A stretch of DNA of 64,000 nt from Candidatus Atribacteria bacterium (GTDB lineage: Bacteria > Atribacterota > Phoenicimicrobiia > Phoenicimicrobiales > Stramentimicrobiaceae), in NCBI GenBank assembly GCA_029556475.1, contig JAKQEP010000054.1, forward strand, positions 19,898-83,897, given 5' to 3'. Below the pieces are notes generated by a model that searched no databases, was not told the DNA's origin, and saw nothing but the letters and a program-made list of their open reading frames with translations. Position numbers and translations under genes: made by a program. Shown here in pieces: positions 30,874-39,099 of this stretch. Each line of letters opens with the position of its first letter. Position 1 is the stretch's first letter.

Positions 30874-30931
30874 ACGTAAGGTAAAAGTAAAGAAGTCGTA
30901 TTAGTTAAACTTTAGTTTGCAGAATAAAAAA

Positions 30932-30958
30932 CATGTTAAAGGACCGTCCCTTTACATG
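30932..30958 (+). repeat. dispersed palindromic element, copy C (CATGTTAAAGGACCGTCCCTTTACATG)
   Basis: Same orientation as copy A. About 20 nt of its upstream flank is also similar to copy A's flank. It abuts the start of the duplicated gene fragment. Confidence 0.8.
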
Positions 30959-31295
30959 CACTGCGGCACATGATCTGGATAGAATTACCTTGCCTATTGC
31001 AGTAGAGCTGTCCAGAGGAGATGAAAGATATAACATATTAAATGGTATGGAAAAGGAATTACCTGCCGGGGATATGTTTATGGAAGATAGGGAAGGTATC
31101 ACTTCCAGCATAATTTATGGACCTGATAATCGAACTCAAATAACTGAGAAAACCAACAGTGCGCTTTACACAGTATATGCTCCGCCAGGAATAGAAGGGT
31201 CTCTAATAATTGAACATCTGAGTGATATTGCCCATTATGTACAGCTGGCAGCACCTCAAGCAAAAATGGTGGAAATGGTAGTCCATCCGTTGTAA
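30933..31295 (+). pseudogene. 5'-truncated duplicate of the B3/4-domain gene (C-terminal 111 codons)
   Basis: 30960-31295 aligns without gaps to 28924-29259 (offset 2036 nt). The first 9 codons (MLKDRPFTC) are read out of the palindromic element. Confidence 0.65.
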
Positions 31296-31530
31296 TACTC
31301 ATTTTTACAAATTATTTATTTTTAATAATTTGTCATATTCTTAATTTATTTTTAAATAAATAGATGCATAGATATTGCCTGAAGCTAACTGCATAAGTTA
31401 TTGTTGGCATAAATGTCATTATAACTTAGTTCAGATATAATAAATTATAATTACAAATACAATTGTAGCTAGTAGTATGCTATAATTTAGATACACAATT
31501 TATTTTTTGTATAAGATAGTAGGTTTTAAT

Positions 31531-31725
31531 ATGAGCAAAAAGGAAATACTTCTAAAGGAAATAGAACAAGTTTCTGAACCTTTCCTCGATGAAGTCTTAG
31601 ATTTTATCAGATTTTTAAAGACAAGAAATGCCAAAAAACGAATGAGTATTACTGTTGCGAGTGAATCTTCACTTGCCAAAGATTGGCTAAAACCAGAAGA
31701 AGATGAAGCATGGAAAAATTTATAA
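31531..31725 (+). CDS. type II antitoxin (DUF2281-like)
   Basis: MSKKEILLKEIEQVSEPFLDEVLDFIRFLK pattern. Overlaps the toxin gene by 16 nt. Confidence 0.5.
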   Translation: MSKKEILLKEIEQVSEPFLDEVLDFIRFLKTRNAKKRMSITVASESSLAKDWLKPEEDEAWKNL

Positions 31726-32042
31726 AAGGTGATATAGTAATAATCCCTTTTCCATTTTCTGATCTGACTCAAAATAAAAGACGACCAGCATTGATTATTT
31801 CTGTTGTAGACGGAAATGATTTTATCCTATGTCAAATAACAAGTCAAAATGTTAAGGATAATTATGCCATACAAATTAAAGATAATGATTTTAAAACAGG
31901 AAGTTTAAAACAGATTAGCAATATTAGACCAAATAGAATATTTACTGCAGATAAATCCATTATCTTATATAAAGTTGCCAGCCTAAAAGATAAGAAATTT
32001 CAAGAAGTTATAGATAAGTTAATTAAAATTATAAGGAAGTAG
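31710..32042 (+). CDS. MazF/PemK-family toxin (endoribonuclease)
   Basis: 110 aa. GDIVIIPFPFSDLTQNKRRPALIIS signature. Confidence 0.75.
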   Translation: MEKFIKGDIVIIPFPFSDLTQNKRRPALIISVVDGNDFILCQITSQNVKDNYAIQIKDNDFKTGSLKQISNIRPNRIFTADKSIILYKVASLKDKKFQEVIDKLIKIIRK

Positions 32043-32188
32043 TTAATAAAAAGAGACGATACCAATGAGTTGACTATTATTTAAAAAAATATTCTGAAAG
32101 CCATTAATACTATACTTCAATCAAAAAATAAAATGTCATTAATCGAAAAATGATGATAAAACTTTGCAGATAAATAGACTTTACAAAA

Positions 32189-32974
32189 TTACATGATGAC
32201 CTGGGGGATGGAAAGTTCCGGGTGTTGAATAATGTTGGGTTTAGTGTGATAAACTTTTTTTAGATAATAATTATTTATTACTTCCTGAGGTGTTCCAATC
32301 TTTTCAATTCTGCCTTGATTGAGCAAGATGAGCTGGTCTGAACAGTAGCTGGCTAAGTTCAGGTCATGGAAAACAGATATGATACATTGAATCTCTTCCT
32401 TCAATGATTCTCTGAGAATTTTAATAATCTCATATTTATAACTCAAGTCCAGGTGTGAAGAAAATTCATCCAGCATAAGTATTTTGGGAGACTGTGCCAG
32501 TGCACGGGCTATATAGACTCTTTGTACCTCGCCTCCACTAATCTGATGAATTCCTTTTTCGGCATGAGGTAAAGAGTCAGTTTTTTTCATAGCATCTTGA
32601 GAAATTTGATAATCAAGAATGGTTTCACCCTGCCATTGATTGATAAAAGGTATTCTTCCCATAAAGACAACTTCTTTAACCTTGTAATTGTAGGTAATAT
32701 AAGATTCCTGTGGTACCATAGAGATTATTTTAGCCATTTTCTTTCTGGGTATTTTCCTGACATCCTTCCCGAATATTTTGATATTGCCTCTTTGAGGGGT
32801 AATTATACCCGATATCAATTTTAACATTGTTGTCTTACCAGAACCATTAGGTCCGATAATTCCAATAAATTGTCCGGGATATATAGATAAATTCATCTCT
32901 TGAATTGCAGGATGATGATTATAGGAAAAGGTAACATCTTCTAAAGAAACAATAGGTTTAAAATCAGTAACCAT
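32189..32974 (-). CDS. ABC transporter ATP-binding protein (FecE/BtuD type)
   Basis: GPNGSGKTT Walker A, LSGGE signature, ILMLDEFSSHLD Walker B. Start chosen at ATG 32974 (13 nt after AAGGAGG); the ORF is open to 33022. Confidence 0.8.
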   Translation of the reverse strand: MVTDFKPIVSLEDVTFSYNHHPAIQEMNLSIYPGQFIGIIGPNGSGKTTMLKLISGIITPQRGNIKIFGKDVRKIPRKKMAKIISMVPQESYITYNYKVKEVVFMGRIPFINQWQGETILDYQISQDAMKKTDSLPHAEKGIHQISGGEVQRVYIARALAQSPKILMLDEFSSHLDLSYKYEIIKILRESLKEEIQCIISVFHDLNLASYCSDQLILLNQGRIEKIGTPQEVINNYYLKKVYHTKPNIIQHPELSIPQVIM

Positions 32975-34022
32975 TATTTTCATTCCTCCTTTTAAGCAGA
33001 TGGATAAATATTGGTGAACCAATAAGGGCAGTGATTACTCCAATGGGTACTTCGGTTGGAGCGATAATAGTACGTGCTATGGTGTCACATATAATTAAGA
33101 AGATAGAACCACTCAGTGCTGATACCGGTAGCATAATGCGATGGTCAGGACCTACCAATAGGCGAGCAATATGGGGAATTACTAATCCCACAAAACCAAT
33201 CAAACCGGTAAAGGATACTACAATGGCAATCATAGTAGAACCAATAAAAAATATTTTTAATCTTAGCTTTTCAGTCTGAATTCCCAGGTGCAGAGCTTCC
33301 TCTTCTCCCAGTGCTATAGCATTCAATTCTAAAGAAGAAGATACTAAAAGGATGATACCCAGAAATACCGGTAAAGAAATCCAATAAATATTGTTCCAGC
33401 TGGAAGTAGAGAGGTCACCCATCAGCCAGAATAACATTGAACGTGTCTCCCGTCTTGATATAGCTAAAAGCAATGTGATTATTGCTGAAAAGAAAAAGTT
33501 GACCGCTACACCAGCTAACAATAAATCTGACATGGGTAAGTGAGATTTCTTTCGTGATAGCAGGTATACTAAAGAGATAGCAACAAAGGCACCCATCAAA
33601 GCAAACACCGGTAAAAAAGGTACAAGGTAAAGTCCCGCAGTATATTGCACGGCCAGGGCAGAACAGGCACCCAGGGCAGCCCCAGCTGAAACTCCCAGTA
33701 TGTAGGGGTCAGCTAATGGATTTCTTAGTATTCCCTGAAATCCTCCTCCAACACTGGCCAGGGTCATTCCGGTGAGCATGGCCATAATTAACCTTGGGAT
33801 TCTTAACTCCCAGATAATTAATCCCAGGCTATCATCTGTTTTATGATGCCAGAGAATAGATAAAATCTTTTTTGGCTGAATAGCTATGGTGCCAAAATTT
33901 AGTCCGATGAAACCTATTACCAATATTGCTAAAAAGCCAACCACTACAATTAAGATAGCTTTATATCTCCAATTAGAATAACCGTATAGATTACTCTTTT
34001 CTGATTTTGTGGAAAATTTCAT
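32964..34022 (-). CDS. FecCD/BtuC-family ABC permease
   Basis: 352 aa, polytopic, typical FecCD C-terminal region. Confidence 0.8.
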   Translation of the reverse strand: MKFSTKSEKSNLYGYSNWRYKAILIVVVGFLAILVIGFIGLNFGTIAIQPKKILSILWHHKTDDSLGLIIWELRIPRLIMAMLTGMTLASVGGGFQGILRNPLADPYILGVSAGAALGACSALAVQYTAGLYLVPFLPVFALMGAFVAISLVYLLSRKKSHLPMSDLLLAGVAVNFFFSAIITLLLAISRRETRSMLFWLMGDLSTSSWNNIYWISLPVFLGIILLVSSSLELNAIALGEEEALHLGIQTEKLRLKIFFIGSTMIAIVVSFTGLIGFVGLVIPHIARLLVGPDHRIMLPVSALSGSIFLIICDTIARTIIAPTEVPIGVITALIGSPIFIHLLKRRNENNGY

Positions 34023-34920
34023 ATAATAGTTCCAATCCTTCTACCAGACGGGGTCCTTCTCTGTATAATAGGTCTTCATTTACAACGAAGATGTGATTAT
34101 TTTTTACAGCCGGAAGTCCAGACCAGCCAGGTCGTTTAATAATATCATTTTTCATTTTAGTAACCTCTTCTGGATTCATACTGCCGGTAGGAATGATTAT
34201 GATATCAGGCTGGGTTTCGATAACCAGTTCAGAACTGATAGGGACCCAACCTTGTTGATTTTCGGTAATGTTCTTGCCACCTGCCAAGGTAACAAGTTCA
34301 TCGAAGATGGTTCCACTGCCGGGACTCCATATCGTTTCAAAACCAGAACCGGTAAATACTTTTGGTTTTTCTATATCAGGAATGTCAGAATGTAAGGATA
34401 TGACAGTATTTATTCGTTCTTCTAAGCTGGTAGTCAGTTCTCTTCCTTTTTCCGGTATACCACAGGCAGTGGCAATAAATTCTATGCTGTGAAGCATTTC
34501 TGTTATTGATTCAGCCTCTATTACTAAAACTTTAAAACCCAACTCTCTTATTTTAGGAATATCTTTGGTCCCAAACCCTCCATAAGCAAGAATTAGATCC
34601 GGTTCCAGTGATATTATTTTTTCTAAATTTAAGGGTGTCATTACTCCAATGGATTCAATTTTTTCTGCATCAGGAGGATAATTGCAAAAATCACTTCTGC
34701 CAATTAATTTATCCTCTAAACCAAGGGCAAATATAATTTCGGTATTACTGGGAGCGGTAGAAACAATCTTTCCCGGTTTTTTTTCTATAATGACCTCCGA
34801 ACCAAGGTCATCAACAAGAGTGATAGGGTAAATACCATCACTTGATTTGCCACATACAGATAAGACAGTAATGAAAAAAATTGATAATATTGTAAAACTA
34901 ATAAATATTCTTTTATTCAT
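33991..34920 (-). CDS. periplasmic-binding-protein-family lipoprotein (BtuF-like, probable corrinoid binding)
   Basis: 309 aa. Signal peptide with Cys (LSVCG). First gene after a cobalamin riboswitch. Confidence 0.7.
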   Translation of the reverse strand: MNKRIFISFTILSIFFITVLSVCGKSSDGIYPITLVDDLGSEVIIEKKPGKIVSTAPSNTEIIFALGLEDKLIGRSDFCNYPPDAEKIESIGVMTPLNLEKIISLEPDLILAYGGFGTKDIPKIRELGFKVLVIEAESITEMLHSIEFIATACGIPEKGRELTTSLEERINTVISLHSDIPDIEKPKVFTGSGFETIWSPGSGTIFDELVTLAGGKNITENQQGWVPISSELVIETQPDIIIIPTGSMNPEEVTKMKNDIIKRPGWSGLPAVKNNHIFVVNEDLLYREGPRLVEGLELLYEIFHKIRKE

Positions 34921-34961
34921 ATTTTTCCTTTCAGTGCTGTTTTTAAAATAGTTTTATTTCT

Positions 34962-35160
34962 AAAAATAAAGAAGACACCCTTTGACCACGAAAGAGTGTA
35001 ATAAGCTTCTTACAGGCAGGTCTCCTGGCTTAAGGCTATCTATTTGCTGCGCCTTCCCGGGGAGTTAATCCAGTGGCATAATGCAGCTTTCGGTACCTTT
35101 TACAGTAACGGGCTTGCGGTGGATTTGCACCACGCTTCCCTTAACCTGTTAGAATAGCGA
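34962..35160 (-). promoter_or_regulatory. cobalamin (B12) riboswitch with terminator expression platform
   Basis: The - strand reads GGGAAGCGTGGTGCAAATCCACCGCAAGCCCGTTACTGT...GCCACTGG...GGGAAGGC...AGCCAGGAGACCTGCC (B12 box). Then ACACTCTTT-cgtggtc-AAAGGGTGT hairpin (34975-34999) and a U-rich tract. Confidence 0.85.
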
Positions 35161-35436
35161 AAGACAATAAAGTATGGCAATTGTCTTGCTCAATTATTTT
35201 TTCAATGATTTTTGCTATAAAGAACGGTTTTGGCCTTTGAAGCTATCTAAATATGTAATTCATATGTTATTATAAGTCATACAGTATAATAATTCAATTT
35301 TAAAATAACTTTTTTGAAAATCCCTAGTTTTAATAAGTAGCTAGTGTATGGTGTTGTTTTTAGATGGAATTACTATTGGTCTTTATACTTAAATCTTTGC
35401 GGGTAGAAATGAATGAAATTATAAAAATAATCGTTT

Positions 35437-35640
35437 GTCGTTGGTATTTAGTATTTGGTTAAAAAAGATGTGGGAATAAGTGAAAGAAGTTTATGGTTAA
35501 ATCATTGTGGGTATAAGAGTAAGCGGTTCTTAGTTAATGGTTTATAGTTTTTGGAATAAAAGATGTGGGCATAAATGTGGGAGGTTTATTGTTTTTAGTT
35601 TATAGTTCTTAGAATAATGCAAATACTAAGACGGTAGGAG
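35437..35640 (+). repeat. degenerate tandem repeats (TGTGGG-nATAAG.. and GGTTTATAGTTyTTrG motifs)
   Basis: TGTGGG occurs 5 times in about 200 bp. The first 24 nt (GTCGTTGGTATTTAGTATTTGGTT) match 62876-62899 at 23 of 24 positions. Confidence 0.6.
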
Positions 35641-35664
35641 AAAAGTAGGGAAAAAAAGAAAAGA

Positions 35665-35727
35665 GTGTGGGTAACAGAGGATGAGATTTCCATACCTGCT
35701 TTCAGCAGGTTCGTAATGGCAGAAGAG
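35665..35727 (+). repeat. GTGTGGG...ATTTCC-hairpin-GTAATGGCAGAAGAG element, copy L2
   Basis: Same block order as L1 and L3. Stem ACCTGCT/AGCAGGT differs in sequence from the L1 stem but keeps pairing. It creates the spurious N-terminal extension of ORF 35665. Confidence 0.65.
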
Positions 35728-35763
35728 ATAGTTGATGGAAAAATAAAAGTAAGGGGTGTTTTT

Positions 35764-36285
35764 ATGAAGGAGAAGGGATTAATTCAAATATACACCGGTA
35801 ATGGCAAGGGAAAAACTACTGCTGCGTTGGGATTGGCATTGAGAGCAGCAGGCAGAGATAAAAGAATATTAATGGTACAGTTTATGAAAAAATGGGATTA
35901 TGGAGAGCTTCATTCCATTAAAAAAATTCCCCAGATAACCATTAAAACATTCGGAACCAAGGATTTTGTCCATAAAGGTAAGGCAAAGGAGATTGATTAT
36001 CAGGAGGCGGAAAAAGCCTTTAAAGAAGGAACAGAAGGAGTCCTTAGCGGAAAATATGATATAGTGATTTTTGATGAGCTTAATGTGGCACTTGATTTTG
36101 ATTTATTAAAAGCAGATGAGGTAGTAAAATTTTTAAAAGATAAACCAGAAGATGTTGAAATAATAATAACTGGCAGAAATGCACCGGCAGAATTAATTGA
36201 ACTGGCTGACCTGGTAACAGAAATGCGGGAAATTAAACATCCTTTTCAGAAGGGTATTGAAGCACGAATTGGAATTGAATATTAA
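35764..36285 (+). CDS. cobO: cob(I)yrinic acid a,c-diamide adenosyltransferase
   Basis: MKEKGLIQIYTGNGKGKTTAALGLALRAAG P-loop and DELN. Start moved to ATG 35764. Confidence 0.8.
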   Translation: MKEKGLIQIYTGNGKGKTTAALGLALRAAGRDKRILMVQFMKKWDYGELHSIKKIPQITIKTFGTKDFVHKGKAKEIDYQEAEKAFKEGTEGVLSGKYDIVIFDELNVALDFDLLKADEVVKFLKDKPEDVEIIITGRNAPAELIELADLVTEMREIKHPFQKGIEARIGIEY

Positions 36286-36357
36286 AAATTTACTCATCAG
36301 TACAAATATAGTAAAATAAAAGAATAATTCAAGGTTTTCTGAAGGGGAGGTAAAAAT

Positions 36358-36612
36358 ATGGAAAAAAATGAAAAAGAATTTCGTAATGCAAAGATTGCTC
36401 TATTATGTACGGTACCTACTGAGGTTGATGCCCTTCCCATTCAAAGTTTGTTAGAAAGTTATGGTATCAGATGTATATTGCAATCAGATGTGACCAGATC
36501 AGTCTATCCTTTTGTGGTTGATGGATTAGCAGAAGTCAGGATTTTAGTTATAGAAAAAGATTTAAAAAAAGCACAGGATATATTGAAAGATTCAGATTGT
36601 AAATATTCCTGA
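36358..36612 (+). CDS. small protein, DUF2007-like (putative signal-transducing domain)
   Basis: 84 aa, gggagg RBS. Weak resemblance only. Confidence 0.35.
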   Translation: MEKNEKEFRNAKIALLCTVPTEVDALPIQSLLESYGIRCILQSDVTRSVYPFVVDGLAEVRILVIEKDLKKAQDILKDSDCKYS

Positions 36613-36713
36613 TAAGATTTTCTATATTTTTTGAAGTTAATCCTGAAAAAGATAGACAGGTTTTATTGCAATATGCAATATAGGCACAATTTATTCCAAT
36701 AAGGAGGTTACAG

Positions 36714-37181
36714 TTGGATAAAATTCTAATTGTTTATCACTCAGAAGAGGGAATTATATATAAAATGGCTGAGGCTATAAAAAAGGGGATTGAGAGTAGC
36801 AATAGTTTTGAAGTTATAATGAAAATAGCTGAACAGGCTAATCAGGAAGATTTAAAGGCAGCCTCAGGAATAGCCATTGGTACTCCCGATTATTTTGATT
36901 ATATGGCCGGGAGTGTTAAAGATTTTTTTGATAGGACCTTTTATGCTGTTCAAAGTAAGATAAGAGGGAGCTTAACTGCCAATATGCCCTGTGTCTTTTT
37001 TGTATCAGGAGGCACAGGAGGAGGGCCGGCGCTGGAAAGTCTGAAAAAAATTGGTTCCTATTTTAGATTTAACATCATTGATTATGTGGTCAGTGGTCCA
37101 CGTATTAAGGAAGACATTCTAAAGAAATGCGAACTGCTGGGCAGACGATTAGCTGAAATGGTAAAGAAAGAAAAAAAATAG
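36714..37181 (+). CDS. flavodoxin-like fold protein
   Basis: 155 aa. TTG start 6 nt after GGAGG. ILIVYHSEEG N-terminus and GTPDYF. Confidence 0.6.
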   Translation: MDKILIVYHSEEGIIYKMAEAIKKGIESSNSFEVIMKIAEQANQEDLKAASGIAIGTPDYFDYMAGSVKDFFDRTFYAVQSKIRGSLTANMPCVFFVSGGTGGGPALESLKKIGSYFRFNIIDYVVSGPRIKEDILKKCELLGRRLAEMVKKEKK

Positions 37182-37211
37182 TGTAATAGAAAATAGAAGG
37201 AGGAAACTTTT

Positions 37212-37439
37212 ATGTCTTTGAAAGAAAAAGTTGAAAAAGCTTTAGAAAAGATTAGACCATCTCTCAGGGCAGATGGAGGAGATGTAGAATTAGTTGAAGT
37301 TACAGAAGATGGTATAGTCAAGGTGAAATTGCAGGGCGCCTGTCGTGGATGTCCTATGAGTCAGATGACTTTGAAGTTAGGAATTGAGAGGACGCTGAAA
37401 AAGGAGATACCGGAAATTAAGGAAGTTCAGTCTGTTTAG
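37212..37439 (+). CDS. NifU C-terminal-domain (Nfu-like) Fe-S scaffold protein
   Basis: 75 aa. [15 protein letters not shown] and GACRGCPMS motifs. Confidence 0.7.
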   Translation: MSLKEKVEKALEKIRPSLRADGGDVELVEVTEDGIVKVKLQGACRGCPMSQMTLKLGIERTLKKEIPEIKEVQSV

Positions 37440-37521
37440 CTTTATAAGATAAACCCATGATTCAGATGGTTAGGTAAAAGTATGTATTGAAACATAATAA
37501 AAACAATAAATGGAGGTTCTT

Positions 37522-38097
37522 ATGGTAAGTTTGAAAGGAACTGAGACAGAAAAGAATTTACTGGCTGCTTTTGCCGGTGAATCACAAGCCAGAAATAGAT
37601 ATACCTATTTTGCCAGTGTGGCAAAAAAAGAAGGATATGAGCAGATTGCGGCAATCTTTTTGGAAACAGCCGATAATGAAAAAGAGCATGCCAAAGTATT
37701 TTTTAAATTATTAGAAGGTGGAGATGTTGAGATTAGGGCCAGTTATCCAGCCGGTATAATTGGTAATTCATCTCAGAATCTACTGGCAGCTGCTGAAGGA
37801 GAGTTATTGGAATGGGGGACTTTATACAAAAATGCTGCACTGGTAGCCAGAGAGGAAGGATTTGCTCATGTTGCAATAAAATTTGAGGAAATAGCCAAAG
37901 TAGAAAAACATCACGAAGCAAGATATCGAAAATTACTGGAAAACCTGAAAAATAGCACTGTCTTTAAAAAGGAGCAAAAAGTTTTCTGGCAATGCCGTAA
38001 TTGTGGTTATATATTGGAAAGTAAAATGGCTCCTCAAAAATGTCCTGCCTGTGACCATCCACAGGCTTATTTTCAATTGCAGGAAGATAACTTTTAA
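37522..38097 (+). CDS. rbr: rubrerythrin
   Basis: LKGTETEKNLLAAFAGESQARNRYTYFA ferritin-like domain plus C-terminal rubredoxin CRNCGY...CPACDHP. ATG at 37522 follows GGAGG. Confidence 0.85.
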   Translation: MVSLKGTETEKNLLAAFAGESQARNRYTYFASVAKKEGYEQIAAIFLETADNEKEHAKVFFKLLEGGDVEIRASYPAGIIGNSSQNLLAAAEGELLEWGTLYKNAALVAREEGFAHVAIKFEEIAKVEKHHEARYRKLLENLKNSTVFKKEQKVFWQCRNCGYILESKMAPQKCPACDHPQAYFQLQEDNF

Positions 38098-38159
38098 GCT
38101 GACTCTCTTTTTTATTTGAATCTAAAAATATATAATAATTGAAGGAGGTTTAAGGAACT

Positions 38160-39014
38160 ATGGAATATATCAGCATGATTTTCTGGTTTTTCTTTATCTT
38201 TTCAATGCTTTCACCCTGGTTTAAACAGAAAACTTTGGAATCATCCCGAATAGCCATAATTAACCGTCTGGAAAAAAAGCGAGGTTCCCGGGTAATTGCT
38301 ATGATACACAGACAGGAGACTATGAGTATTCTGGGAATACCTCTGGTTCGCTATATTAATATTGAGGATTCAGAGGCTATTTTAAGGGCTATAAGGCTAA
38401 CCGATGAGAATGTACCTATAGATATGATTCTGCATACTCCAGGAGGATTAGTGCTGGCAACTGAACAGATTGCCAATGCTCTCCTGCGGCATAAAGGGAA
38501 AGTAACAGTTTTTATTCCCCATTATGCTATGAGTGGAGGAACAATGATTTCTATAGCTGCCGATGAAATAATTATGGATGAAAATGCTGTATTGGGACCT
38601 GTGGATCCACAGTTAGGACAATACCCGGCTATTTCTATCCTGAATGTTTTAAAAGATAAAGACAGAAATGAGATTGATGACGAGACCCTTATTCAAGCCG
38701 ATATGGCACGAAAAGCCATTACCCAGGTCTATGCCTTTGTGAAAAAGCTGCTGACCGAGAACAACTGCAGCGAAGATAAGGCTGAAAGTATTGCCAAGGT
38801 ACTTACTGAAGGTAGATGGACACATGATTATCCCATAAAGTTTGAAGAGGCAAAGGAGTTAGGATTGTGTGTTTCCAGTGAGATGCCCAAAGAAATTTAT
38901 GAATTGATGGATCTTTACCCACAGCGTCCGGGAGTGCGTCCATCAGTGCAGTATATTCCGGTACCATATAAAGGACCGTCCTTGCCGCCTGCTAAAAATT
39001 CTAATCATAAATAA
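38160..39014 (+). CDS. SDH-family (ClpP-fold) serine protease, membrane anchored
   Basis: 284 aa. IDMILHTPGGLV...HYAMSGGTMISIAADEIIM pattern. Confidence 0.6.
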   Translation: MEYISMIFWFFFIFSMLSPWFKQKTLESSRIAIINRLEKKRGSRVIAMIHRQETMSILGIPLVRYINIEDSEAILRAIRLTDENVPIDMILHTPGGLVLATEQIANALLRHKGKVTVFIPHYAMSGGTMISIAADEIIMDENAVLGPVDPQLGQYPAISILNVLKDKDRNEIDDETLIQADMARKAITQVYAFVKKLLTENNCSEDKAESIAKVLTEGRWTHDYPIKFEEAKELGLCVSSEMPKEIYELMDLYPQRPGVRPSVQYIPVPYKGPSLPPAKNSNHK

Positions 39015-39099
39015 TATGTCTATTTCATCTGCCATACCTGTTTTGCAAAAGGAAAAGGATTTACCAGATAAATTTTCCTAAAAAAGGAGGGAGGAAGGG

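Noticed and set aside
35400-35660. Possible CRISPR array in the repeat-rich gap
   Set aside because: The repeats are degenerate and of unequal length, there are no regularly sized unique spacers, and no cas genes occur in the window.
35665-35763. 33-codon N-terminal extension of the cobO ORF (MWVTEDEISIPAFSRF...)
   Set aside because: This stretch is the L2 repeat element read as protein. The conserved CobO sequence starts at MKEKGLIQIYTGNGKGKT (ATG 35764).
38968-38985. Fourth partial match to the palindromic element (TAAAGGACCGTCCTT) inside the 3' end of the SDH-protease gene
   Set aside because: Only about 13-15 nt match and the flanking CATG arms are missing. It could be chance or a decayed copy, and that is not enough to call.
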